The position numbers and the translations under genes are program-made. The notes below the pieces were generated by a model. It had not been told where the DNA came from. It searched no databases and saw only the letters and a program-made list of their open reading frames with translations. From Eledone cirrhosa (taxonomy: Eukaryota): DNA of 64,000 nucleotides. Numbering within the stretch: position 1 is the first letter of the stretch; each line of letters begins with the position of its first letter. Shown piece by piece: positions 29,401-44,900 of the stretch. The stretch lies in assembly GCA_964016885.1 (NCBI GenBank), contig OZ024744.1, positions 12,090,001 to 12,154,000 of the forward strand. The letters run 5' to 3'.

Positions 29401-32400
29401 ATAAAACATTCTATTTGACCATCTAATGAATATCTATAACATAAAACATTCTATTTGACAATCTAATGACTATCTATAACATAAAACATTCTACTTGACC
29501 ATCTAATGACTGTCTATAACATAACACATTCTATTTCACCATCTAATGACTGTCTAGAACGTAAAACATTCTATTTAACCATGTAATGACGGTATATAAC
29601 ATAACACATTCTATTTAAACATCTAATGACGGTCTATAACATAAAACATCTATTTGTCCATCTAATGACGGTCTATAACATAAAACATTCTATGTGACCA
29701 TCTAATGACTCTCTATAACATTAAACATTCTATTTCACCATCTAATGACTGTCTATAACATAAAACATTCTATTTGACCATCTAATGACTGTCTATAACA
29801 TAAAACATTCTATTTCAGCATCTAATGACTGTCTATAACATAAAACCTTCTATTTGACCATTTAATGACTATCTATAACATAAAACATTCTATTTGACAA
29901 TCTAATGACTATCTATAACATAAAACATTCTATTTGACCATCTAATGACTGTCTATAACATAACACATTCTATTTCACCATCTAATGACTGTCTATAACG
30001 TAAAACATTCTGTTTAACCATGTAATAATATAACACATTCTATTTAACCATCTAATGACGGTCTATAACATAAAACATCTATTTGTCCATCTAATGACTG
30101 TCTATAACATAAAACATTCTATGTGATCATCTAATGACTCTCTATAACATAAAACATTCTATTTGTCCATCTAATGACTGCCTATAACATAAAACATTCT
30201 ATTTGTCCATCTAATCTGGGTCAATAACATAAAACATTCTATATGACCATCTAATGACTCTCTATAACATAAAACATTCTATGTGTCCATCTAATGACCG
30301 TCTATAACATAACACATTATATTTGACCATCTAATGACTGTGTATAACATAAAACATTCTACGTGACCATCTAATCACTGTCTTTAACATAAAACATTCT
30401 ATTTGTCCATCTAATGACTCTCTATAACATAAAACATTCTAGTTGTCCATCTAATGACGGTCTATAACATAAAACATTCTATTTGTCCATCTAATGACGG
30501 TCTATAACATAAAACATTCTATTTGCCCATCTAATGACTGTCTATAACATAAAACATTCTATGTGACCATCTAATGACTGTCTATAACATAAAACATTCT
30601 ATTTATCCATCTAATGACTGTCTATAACATAAAACATACTATTTGTCCATCTAATGACGTTCTATAACATAAAACATTCTATTTGACCATCTAATGATTC
30701 TCTATAACATAAAACATTCTATGTGACCATCTAATGACTGTCTATAATATAAAACATTCTGTTTGTCCAGCTAATGACGGTCTATAACATAAAACATTCT
30801 ATTTGTCCTTCTAATGAGTGTCTATAACATAGAACATTCAATTTGTCCATCTAATGACTGTCTATAACATAATATATTCTATTTGACCATCTAATGACTG
30901 TCTATAACATAAAACATTGTATTTGACCAAATAATGACTGTCTATAACATAGAACATTCTATGTGACCATTTAATGACTCTCTATAACATAAAACATTAT
31001 ATGTGACCATCTAATGACGGTATATGACATAAAACATTCTATTTGTCCGTCTCATGACTGTCTATAACATAAAACATTCTATTTGTCCATCTAATGACGG
31101 TGTATAAAACAAAACATTCTATTTGACCATATAATGACTTTCTATACCATAAAACATTCTATGTGACCATCTAATAACGGTCTATAACATAAAACATTCT
31201 ATTTGACCATCTAATGACTGTCTATAACATAAAACATTCTATTTGTCCATCTAATGACTGTCTATAACATAAAACATACTATTTGTCCATCTAATGACGG
31301 TCTATAACATAAAACATTCTATTTGACCATCTAATGACTCTCTATAACATAAAACATTCTATTTGACCATCAAATGACTGTCTATAAGATTAAATATTCT
31401 ATTTGACCATTAATGACTGTCTATAACATGAAAGATTCTATGTGACGATCTAATCACTGTCTATAACATGAAACATTCTATTTGTCCATCTAATGACTGT
31501 CTATAACATGAAACATTCTATTTGTCAATCTAATGACGGTCTATAACATTAAACATTCTATTTCACCATCTAATGACTCTCTATAACATGAAATATTCTA
31601 TTTGACAATCTATTGACTGTCTATAACATAAATCATTCTATTTGACCATCTAATGACTGTCTATAACATAAAACATTCTATTTGACCAGCTAATGAATAT
31701 CTATAACATAAAACATTCTATTTGACAATCTAATGACTATCTATAACATAAAACATTCTATTTGACCATCTAATGACTGTCTATAACATTACACATTCTA
31801 TTTCACCATCTAATGACTGTCTAGAACGTAAAACATTCTATTTAACCATGTAATGACGGTATATAACATAACACATTCTATTTAAACATTTAATGACGGT
31901 CTATAACATAACACATCTATTTGTCCATCTAATGACGGTCTATAACATAAAACATTCTATGTGACCATCTAATGACTCTCTATAACATTAAACATTCTAT
32001 TTCACCATCTAATGACTGTCTATAACATAAAACATTCTATTTGACAATCTAATGACTGTCTATAACATAAAACATTCTATTTGACCATCTAATGACTGTC
32101 TATAACATAAAACATTCTATTTGACCATTTAATGACTATCTATAACATAAAACATTCTATTTGACCATCTAATGACTGTCTATAACATAACACATTCTAT
32201 TTCACCATCTAATGACTGTCTATAACGTAAAACATTCTATTTAAGCATGTAATAATATAACACATTCTATTTAACCATCTAATGACGGTCTATAACATAA
32301 GACATCTATTTGTCCATCTAATGACAGTCTATAACATAAAACATTCTATGTGATCATCTAATGACTCTCTATAACATAAAACATTCTATTTGTCCATCTA

Positions 32401-35400
32401 ATGACTGCCTATATCATAAAACATTCTATTTGTCCATCTAATCTTGGTCAATAACATAAGACATTCTATATGACCATCTAATGACTCTCTATAACATAAA
32501 ACATTCTATGTGTCCATCTAATGACCGTCTATAACATAACACATTATATTTGTCCATCTAATGACTGTCTATAACATAAAACATTCTATTTGACCATCTA
32601 ATGACTGTCTATAACATAAAACATTCTATTTGACCAAATAATGACTGTCTATAACATAGAACTTTCTATGTGACCATTTAATGACTGTCTATAACATAAA
32701 ACGTTTTATGTGACCATCTAATGACGGCCTATAACATAAAACATTCTATTTGTCCATCTAATGACTTTCTATAACATAAAACATTCTATTTGTCCGTATA
32801 ATGACTGTCTATAACATAAAACATTCTATTTTTCCATCTAATGACGGTGTATAAAACAAAACATTCTATTTGACCATCTAATGACTCTCTATAACATAAA
32901 ACATTCTATTTGACCATCTAATAACTGTCTATAATATAAAACATTCTATTTGTCCAGCTGATGACGGTCTATAACATAAAACATTCTATTTGTCCTTCTA
33001 ATGACTGTCTATAACATAGAACATTCTATTTGTCCATCTAATGACTGTCTATAACATAAAACATTCTATTTGTCCATCTAATGACGGTCTATAACATAAA
33101 ACATTCTGTTTGACCATATAATGACTTTCTATAACATAAAACATTCTATGTGACCATCTAATGACTGTCTATAACATAAAACATTCTATTTGACCATCTA
33201 ATGACTGTCTATAACATAAAACATTCTATTTGTCCATCTAATGACTGTCTATAACATAAAACATACTATTTGTCCATCTAATGACGGTCTATAACATAAA
33301 ACATTCTATTTGACCATCTAATGACTCTCTATAACATAAAACATTCTATTTGACCATGTAATGACAGTCTATAACATGAAACATTCTATTTGACCATCAA
33401 ATGACTGTCTATAAGATAAAACATTCTATTTGACCATCTAATGATTGTCTATAACATGAAAGATTCTATGTGACGATCTAATCACTGTCTATAACATGAA
33501 ACATTCTATTTGTCCATCTAATGACTGTCTATAACATGAAACATTCTATTTGTCAATGTAATGACGGTCTATAACATTAAACATTCTATTTCACCATCTA
33601 ATGACTGTCTATAACATGAAATATTCTATTTGACAATCTAATGACTGTCTATAACATAAATCATTCTATTTGACCATTTAATGAATATCTATAACATAAA
33701 ACATTCTATTTGACAATCTAATGACTATCTATAACATAAAACATTCTATTTGACCATCTAATGACTGTCTATAACATTACACATTCTATTTCACCATCTA
33801 ATGACTGTCTAGAACGTAAAACATTCTATTTAACCATGTAATGACGGTATATAACATAACACATTCTATTTAAACATCTAATGACGGTCTATAACATAAA
33901 ACATCTATTTGTCCATCTAATGACGGTCTATAACATAAAACATTCTATGTGACCATCTAATGACTCTCTATAACATTAAACATTCTATTTCACCATCTAA
34001 TGACTGTCTATAACATAAAACATTCTATTTGACAATCTAATGACTGTCTATAACATAAAACATTCTATTTGACCATCTAATGACTGTCTATAACATAAAA
34101 CATTCTATTTGACCATTTAATGACTATCTATAACATAAAACATTCTATTTGACCATCTTATGACTGTCTATAACATAACACATTCTATTTCACCATCTAA
34201 TGACTGTCTATAACGTAAAACATACTATTTAACCATGTAATAATATAACACATTCTATTTAACCATCTAATGACGGTCTATAACATAAAACATCTATTTG
34301 TCCATCTAATGACTGTCTATAACATAAAACATTCTATGTGATCATCTAATGACTCTCTATAACATAAAACATTCTATTTGTCCATCTAATGACTGTCTAT
34401 AACATAAAACATTCTACGTGACCATCTAATCACTGTCTTTAACATAAAACATTCTATTTGACCATCTAATGAATATCTATAACATAAAACATTCTATTTG
34501 ACAATCTAATGACTATCTATAACATAAAACATTCTATTTGACCATCTAATGACTGTCTATATCATTACACATTCTATTTCACCATCTAATGACTATCTAG
34601 AACGTAAAACATTCTATTTAACCATGTAATGACGGTATATAACATAACACATTCTATTTAAACATCTAATGACGGTCTATAACATAACACATCTATTTGT
34701 CCATCTAATGACGGTCTATAACATAAAACATTCTATGTGACCATCTAATGACTCTCTATAACATTAAACATTCTATTTCACCATCTAATGACTGTCTATA
34801 ACATAAAACATTCTATTTGACAATCTAATGACTGTCTATAACATAAAACATTCTATTTGACCATCTAATGACTGTCTATAACATAAAACATTCTATTTGA
34901 ACATCTAATGACTGTCTATAACATAGCACATTCTATTTCACCATCTAATGACTGTCTATAACGTAAAACATTCTATTTAAGCATGTAATAATATAACACA
35001 TTCTATTTAACCATCTAATGACGGTCTATAACATAAAACATCTATTTGTCCATCTAATGACAGTCTATAACATAAAACATTCTATGTGATCATCTAATGA
35101 CTCTCTATAACATAAAACATTCTATTTGTCCATCTAATGACTGCCTATGACATAAAACATTCTATTTGTCCATCTAATGTCGGTCAATAACATAAAACAT
35201 TCTATATGACCATCTAATGACTCTCTATAACATAAAACATTCTATGTGTCCATCTAATGACCGTCTATAACATAACACATTATATTTGTCCATCTAATGA
35301 CTGTCTATAACATAAAACATTCTATTTGACCATCTAATGACTGTCTATAACATAAAACATTCTATTTGACCAAATAATGACTGTCTATAACATAGAACTT

Positions 35401-38400
35401 TCTATGTGACCATTTAATGACTGTCTATAACATAAAACATTATATGCGACCATCTAATGACGGTCTATAACATAAAACATTCTATTTGACCATCTAATGA
35501 CTGTCTATAACATAAAACATTCTATTTGTCCGTCTAATGACTGTCTATAACATAAAACATTCTATTTGTCCATCTAATGACGGTGTATAAAACAAAACAT
35601 TCTATTTGACCATCTAATGACTCTCTATAACATAAACCATTCTATTTGACCATCTAATAACTGTCTATAATATAAAACATTCTATTTGTCCAGCTGATGA
35701 CGGTCTATAACATAAAACATTCTATTTGTCCTTCTAATGACTGTCTATAACATAGAACATTCTATTTGTCCATCTAATGACTGTCTATAACATAAAACAT
35801 TCTATTTGTCCATCTAATGACGGTCTATAACATAAAACATTCTGTTTGACCATATAATGACTTTCTATAACATAAAACATTCTATGTGACAATCTAATGA
35901 CTGTCTATAACATAAAACATTCTATTTGACCATCTAATGACTGTCTATAACATAAAACATTCTATTTGTCCATCTAATGACTGTCTATAACATAAAACAT
36001 ACTATTTGTCCATCTAATGACGGTCTATAACATAAAACATTCTATTTGACCATCTAATGACTCTCTATAACATAAAACATTCTATTTGACCATGTAATGA
36101 CAGTCTATAACATGAAACATTCTATTTGACCATCAAATGACTGTCTATAAGATAAAACATTCTATTTAACCATCTAATGACTGTCTATAACATGAAAGAT
36201 TCTATGTGACGATCTAATCACTGTCTATAACATGAAACATTCTATTTGTCCATCTAATGACTGTCTATAACATGAAATATTCTATTTGTCCATCTAATGA
36301 CGGTCTATAACATAAAACATTCTATTTGACCATCTAATGACTCTCTATAACATAAAACATTCTATTTGACCATGTAATGACAGTCTATAACATGAAACAT
36401 TCTATTTGACCATCTAATGACTGTCTATAACATGAAATATTCTATTTGACAATCTAATGACTGTCTATAACATAAATCATTCTATTTGACCATCTAATGA
36501 CTGTCTATAACATAAAACATTCTATTTGACCATCTAATGAATATCTATAACATAAAACATTCTATTTGACAATCTAATGACTATCTATAACATAAAACAT
36601 TCTATTTGACCATCTCGTGACTGTCTATAACATTACACATTCTATTAGACCATCTAATGACTGTCTAGAACGTAAAACATTCTATTTAACCATGTAATGA
36701 CGGTATATAACATAACACATTCTATTTAAACATCTAATGACGGTCTATAACATAAAACATCTATTTGTCCATCTAATGACGGTCTATAACATAAAACATT
36801 CTATGTGACCATCTAATGACTCTCTATAACATTAAACATTCTATTTCACCATCTAATGACTGTCTATAACATAAAACATTCTATTTGACAATCTAATGAC
36901 TGTCTATAACATAAAACATTCTATTTGACCATCTAATGACTGTCTATAACATAAAACATTCTATTTGACCATTTAATGACTATCTATAACATAAAACATT
37001 CTATTTGACCATCTTATGACTGTCTATAACATAACACATTCTATTTCACCATCTAATGACTGTCTATAACGTAAAACATTCTATTTAACCATGTAATAAT
37101 ATAACACATTCTATTTAACCATCTAATGACGGTCTATAACATAAAACATCTATTTGTCCATCTAATGACTGTCTATAACATAAAACATTCTATGCGATCA
37201 TCTAATGACTCTCTATAACATAAAACATTCTATTTGTCCATCTAATGACTGTCTATAACATAAAACATTCTACGTGACCATCTAATCACTGTCTTTAACA
37301 TAAAACATTCTATTTGTCCATCTAATGACTCTCTATAACATAAAACATTCTAGTTGTCCATCTAATGACGGTCTATAACATGAAACATTCTATTTGTCCA
37401 TCTAATGACGGTCTATAACATAGAACATTCTATTTGCCCATCTAATGACTGCTATAACATAAAACATTCTATGTGACCATCTAATGACTGTCTATAACAT
37501 AAAACATTCTATTTGTCCGTCTAATGACTGTCTATAACATAAAACATTCTATTTGTCCATCTAATGACGGTGTATAAAACAAAACATTCTATTTGACCAT
37601 TTAATGACTCTCTATAACATAAAACATTCTATTTGACCATGTAATGACAGTCTATAATATAAAACATTCTATTTGTCCAGCTAATGACGGTCTATAACAT
37701 AAAACATTCTATTTGTCCTTCTAATGACTGTCTATAACATAGAACATTCTATTTGTCCATCTAATGACTGTCTATAACATAAAACATTCTATTTGTCCAT
37801 CTAATGACGGTCTATAACATAAAACATTCTGTTTGACCATATAATGACTTTCTATAACATAAAACATTCTATGTGACCATCTCATAACGGTCTATAACAT
37901 AAAACATTCTATTTGACCATCTAATGACTGTCTATAACATAAAACATTCTATTTGTCCATCTAATGACTGTCTATAACATAAAACATACTATTTGTCCAT
38001 CTAATGACGGTCTATAACATAAAACATTCTATTTGACCATCTAATGACTCTCTATAACATAAAACATTCTATTTGACCATGTAATGACAGTCTATAACAT
38101 GAAACATTCTATTTGACCATCAAATGACTGTCTATAAGATAAAACATTCTATTTGACCATGTAATGACTGTCTATAACATGAAAGATTCTATGTGACGAT
38201 CTAATCACTGTCTATAACATGAAACATTCTATTTGTCCATCTAATGACTGTCTATAACATGGAACATTCTATTTGTCAATCTAATGACGGTCTATAACAT
38301 TAAACATTCTATTTCACCATCTAATGACTGTCTATAACATAAATCATTCTATTTGACCATCTAATGACTGTCTATAACATAAAACATTCTATTTGACCAT

Positions 38401-41400
38401 CTAATGAATATCTATAACATAAAACATTCTATTTGACAATCTAATGACTATCTATAACATAAAACATTCTATTGACCATCTAATGACTGTCTATAACATT
38501 ACACATTCTATTTCACCATCTAATGACTGTTTAGAACGTAAAACATTCTATTTAACCATGTAATGACGGTATATAACATAACACATTCTATTTAAACATC
38601 TAATGACGGTCTATAACATAAAACATCTAAATGTCCATCTAATGACGGTCTATAACATAAAACATTCTATGTGACCATCTAATGACTCTCTATAACATTA
38701 AACATTCTATTTCACCATCTAATGACTGTCTATAACATAAAACATTCTATTTGACAATCTAATGACTGTCTATAACATACAACATTCTATTTGACCATCT
38801 AATGACTGTCTATAACATAAAACATTCTATTTGACCATTTAATGACTATCTATAACATAAAACATTCTATTTGACAATCTAATGACTATGTATAACATAA
38901 AACATTCTATTTGACCATCTAAAGACTGTCTATAACATAACACATTCTATTTCACCATCTAATGACTGTCTATAACGTAAAACATCTATTTGTCCATCTA
39001 ATGACTGTCTATAACATAAAACATTCTATGTGATCATCTAATCACTCTCTATAACATAAAACATTCTATTTGTCCATCTAATGACTGCCTATAACATAAA
39101 ACATTCTATTTGTCCATCTAATCTCGGTCAATAACATAAAACATTCTATATGACCATCTAATGACTCTCTATAACATAAAACATTCTATGTGTCCATCTA
39201 ATGACCGTCTATAACATAACACATTATATTTGACCATCTAATGACTGTCTATAACATAAAACATTCTACGTGACCATTTTAATCACTGTCTTTAACATAA
39301 AACATTCTATTTGTCCATCTAATGACTCCCTATAACATAAAACATTCTAGTTGTCCATCTAATGACGGTCTATAACATGAAACATTCTATTTGTCCATCT
39401 AATGACGGTCTATAACATAAAACATTCTATTTGCCCATCTAATGACTGTCTATAACATAAAACATTCTATGTGACCATCTAATGACTGTCTATAACATAA
39501 AACATTCTATTTATCCATCTAATGACTGTCTATAACGTAAAACATACTATTTGTCCATCTAATGACGGTCTATAACATAAAACATTCTATTTGACCATCT
39601 ACAACTGTCTATAACATAAAATATTCTATGTGACCATCTAATGACTGTCTATAACATAAAACATTCTATTTGTCCATGTAATGACTGTCTATAACATAAA
39701 ACATTCTATTTGTCCATCTAATGACGGTCTATAACATAAAACATTCTATTTGACCAGATAATGACGGTCTATAACATAAAACATTCTATTTGTCCGTCTA
39801 ATGACTGTCTATAACATAAAGCATTCTATTTGTCCATCTAATGATGGTCTATAACACAAAACATTCTATTTGACCATCTAACGACTCTCTATAACATAAA
39901 ACATTCTATGTGACCATCTAATGACTGTCTATAACATAAAACATTCTATTTGTCCATCTAATGACGGTCTATAAGATGACAGATTCTGTTTGTCCATCTA
40001 ATGACGGTATATAACATGAAACATTTTATTTGACCATCTAATGACTGTCTATAACATAAAACATTCTATTTGTCCATCTAATGACGGTCTATAACATAAA
40101 ACATTCTATTTGTCCATCTAATGACGGTCTATAACATAAAACATTCTATTTGACCATCTAATGACTGTCTATAACATAAAACATTCTATTTGACCATCTA
40201 ATGACTCTCTATAACATAAAACATTCTATTTGACCATGTAATGACAGTCTATAACATGAAACATTCTATTTGACCATCAAATGACTGTCTATAAGATAAA
40301 ACATTCTATTTGACCATGTAATGACTGTCTATAACATGAAAGATTCTATGTGACGATCTAATCACTGTCTATAACATGAAACATTCTATTTGTCCATCTA
40401 ATGACTCTCTATAACATGAAACATTCTATTTGTCAATCTAATGACGGTCTATAACATTAAACATTCTATTTCACCATCTAATGACTGTCTATAACATAAA
40501 TCATTCTATTTGACCATCTAATGACTGTCTATAACATAAAACATTCTATTTGACCATCTAATGAATATCTATAACATAAAACATTCTATTTGACAATCTA
40601 ATGACTATCTATAACATAAAACATTCTATTGACCATCTAATGACTGTCTATAACATTACACATTCTATTTCACCATCTAATGACTGTTTAGAACGTAAAA
40701 CATTCTATTTAACCATGTAATGACGGTATATAACATAACACATTCTATTTAAACATCTAATGACGGTCTATAACATAAAACATCTATTTGTCCATCTAAT
40801 GACGGTCTATAACATAAAACATTCTATGTGACCATCTAATGACTCTCTATAACATTAAACATTCTATTTCACCATCTAATGACTGTCTATAACATAAAAC
40901 ATTCTATTTGACAATCTAATGACTGTCTATAACATAAAACATTCTATTTGACCATCTAATGACTGTCTATAACATAAAACATTCTATTTGACCATTTAAT
41001 GACTATCTATAACATAAAACATTCTATTTGACAATCTAATGACTATCTATAACATAAAACATTCTATTTGACCATCTAATGACTGTCTATAACATAACAC
41101 ATTCTATTTCACCATCTAATGACTGTCTATAACGTAAAACATTCTATTTAACCATGTAATAATATAACACATTCTATTTAACCGTCTAATGACGGTCTAT
41201 AACATAAAACATCTATTTGTCCATCTAATGACTGTCTATAACATAAAACATTCTATGTGATCATCTAATCACTCTCTATAACATAAAACATTCTATTTGT
41301 CCATCTAATGACTGCCTATAACATAAAACATTCTATTTGTCCATCTAATCTCGGTCAATAACATAAAACATTCTATATGACCATCTAATGACTCTCTATA

Positions 41401-44400
41401 ACATAAAACATTCTATGTGTCCATCTAATGACCGTCTATAACATAACACATTATATTTGACCATCTAATGACTGTCTATAACATAAAACATTCTACGTGA
41501 CCATTTTAATCACTGTCTTTAACATAAAACATTCTATTTGTCCATCTAATGACTCCCTATAACATAAAACATTCTAGTTGTCCATCTAATGACGGTCTAT
41601 AACATGAAACATTCTATTTGTCCATCTAATGACGGTCTATAACATAAAACATTCTATTTGCCCATCTAATGACTGTCTATAACATAAAACATTCTATGTG
41701 ACCATCTAATGACTGTCTATAACATAAAACATTCTATTTATCCATCTAATGACTGTCTATAACGTAAAACATACTATTTGTCCATCTAATGACGGTCTAT
41801 AACATAAAACATTCTATTTGACCATCTACAACTGTCTATAACATAAAATATTCTATGTGACCATCTAATGACTGTCTATAACATAAAACATTCTATTTGT
41901 CCATGTAATGACTGTCTATAACATAAAACATTCTATTTGTCCATCTAATGACGGTCTATAACATAAAACATTCTATTTGACCAGATAATGACGGTCTATA
42001 ACATAAAACATTCTATTTGTCCGTCTAATGACTGTCTATAACATAAAACATTCTATTTGTCCATCTAATGATGGTCTATAACACAAAACATTCTATTTGA
42101 CCATCTAACGACTCTCTATAACATAAAACATTCTATGTGACCATCTAATGACTGTCTATAACATAAAACATTCTATTTGTCCATCTAATGACGGTCTATA
42201 AGATGACAGATTCTGTTTGTCCATCTAATGACGGTATATAACATGAAACATTTTATTTGACCATCTAATGACTGTCTATAACATAAAACATTCTATTTGT
42301 CCATCTAATGACGGTCTATAACATAAAACATTCTATTTGTCCATCTAATGACGGTCTATAACATAAAACATTCTATTTGACCATCTAATGACTGTCTATA
42401 ACATAAAACATTCTATTTGACCATCTAATGACTCTCTATAACATAAAACATTCTATTTGACCATGTAATGACAGTCTATAACATGAAACATTCTATTTGA
42501 CCATCAAATGACTGTCTATAAGATAAAACATTCTATTTGACCATGTAATGACTGTCTATAACATGAAAGATTCTATGTGACGATCTAATCACTGTCTATA
42601 ACATGAAACATTCTATTTGTCCATCTAATGACTCTCTATAACATGAAACATTCTATTTGTCAATCTAATGACGGTCTATAACATTAAACATTCTATTTCA
42701 CCATCTAATGACTGTCTATAACATAAATCATTCTATTTGACCATCTAATGACTGTCTATAACATAAAACATTCTATTTGACCATCTAATGAATATCTATA
42801 ACATAAAACATTCTATTTGACAATCTAATGACTATCTATAACATAAAACATTCTATTGACCATCTAATGACTGTCTATAACATTACACATTCTATTTCAC
42901 CATCTAATGACTGTTTAGAACGTAAAACATTCTATTTAACCATGTAATGACGGTATATAACATAACACATTCTATTTAAACATCTAATGACGGTCTATAA
43001 CATAAAACATCTATTTGTCCATCTAATGACGGTCTATAACATAAAACATTCTATGTGACCATCTAATGACTCTCTATAACATTAAACATTCTATTTCACC
43101 ATCTAATGACTGTCTATAACATAAAACATTCTATTTGACAATCTAATGACTGTCTATAACATAAAACATTCTATTTGACCATCTAATGACTGTCTATAAC
43201 ATAAAACATTCTATTTGACCATTTAATGACTATCTATAACATAAAACATTCTATTTGACAATCTAATGACTATCTATAACATAAAACATTCTATTTGACC
43301 ATCTAATGACTGTCTATAACATAACACATTCTATTTCACCATCTAATGACTGTCTATAACGTAAAACATTCTATTTAACCATGTAATAATATAACACATT
43401 CTATTTAACCGTCTAATGACGGTCTATAACATAAAACATCTATTTGTCCATCTAATGACTGTCTATAACATAAAACATTCTATGTGATCATCTAATCACT
43501 CTCTATAACATAAAACATTCTATTTGTCCATCTAATGACTGCCTATAACATAAAACATTCTATTTGTCCATCTAATCTCGGTCAATAACATAAAACATTC
43601 TATATGACCATCTAATGACTCTCTATAACATAAAACATTCTATGTGTCCATCTAATGACCGTCTATAACATAACACATTATATTTGACCATCTAATGACT
43701 GTCTATAACATAAAACATTCTACGTGACCATCTAATCACTGTCTTTAACATAAAACATTCTATTTGTCCATCTAATGACTCTCTATAACATAAAACATTC
43801 TAGTTGTCCATCTAATGACGGTCTATAACATGAAACATTCTATTTGTCCATCTAATGACGGTCTATAACATAAAACATTCTATTTGCCCATCTAATGACT
43901 GTCTATAACATAAAACATTCTATGTGACCATCTAATGACTGTCTATAACATAAAACATTCTATTTATCCATCTAATGACTGTCTATAACGTAAAACATAC
44001 TATTTGTCCATCTAATGACGGTCTATAACATAAAACATTCTATTTGACCATCTACAACTGTCTATAACATAAAATATTCTATGTGACCATCTAATGACTG
44101 TCTATAACGTAAAACATTCTATTTGTCCATGTAATGACTGTCTATAACATAAAACATTCTATATGTCCATCTAATGACGGTCTATAACATAAAACATTCT
44201 ATTTGACCAGATAATGACGGTCTATAACATAAAACATTCTATTTGTCCGTCTAATGACTGTCTATAACATAAAACATTCTATTTGTCCATCTGATGATGG
44301 TCTATAACACAAAACATTCTATTTGACCATCTAATGACTCTCTATAACATAAAACATTCTATGTGTCCATCTAATGACCGTCTATAACATAACACATTAT

Positions 44401-44900
44401 ATTTGACCATCTAATGACTGTCTATAACATAAAACATTCTACGTGACCATCTAATCACTGTCTTTAACATAAAACATTCTATTTGTCCATCTAATGACTC
44501 TCTATAACATAAAACATTCTAGTTGTCCATCTAATGACGGTCTATAACATAAAACATTCTATTTGTCCATCTAATGACGGTCTATAACATAAAACATTCT
44601 ATTTGCCCATCTAATGACTGTCTATAACATAAAACATTCTATGTGACCATCTAATGACTGTCTATAACATAAAACATTCTATCTATCCATCTAATGCCTG
44701 TCTATAACGTAAAACATACTATTTGTCCATCTAATGACGGTCTATAACATAAAACATTCTATTTGACCATCTACAACTGTCTATAACATAAAATATTCTA
44801 TGTGACCATCTAATGACTGTCTATAACATAAAACATTCTATTTGTCCATCTAATGACGGTCTATAAGATGAAAGATTCTGTTTGTCCATCTAATGACGGT
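17500..44900. repeat. Satellite domain B (GAAAGAT-GTGACGATC marker and 30-bp truncated monomer), irregular ~1.3-3 kb higher-order units
   Basis: GAAAGATTCTATGTGACGATCTAATCAC occurs at 18764, 21189, 23056, 27855, 29163, 31430, 33458, 36194, 38181, 40338 and 42565. The 30-bp monomer containing ATGTAATAATATAACAC occurs 13 times between 19381 and 43381. Confidence 0.8.
38000..44340. repeat. 2,227-bp (56-monomer) higher-order repeat, ~2.9 copies
   Basis: CATCTACAACTG occurs at 39601/41828/44054, AGATGACAGA at 39975/42202, the 30-mer at 41154/43381, and GAAAGAT at 38181/40338/42565 (offsets 2157 and 2227). Confidence 0.87.
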
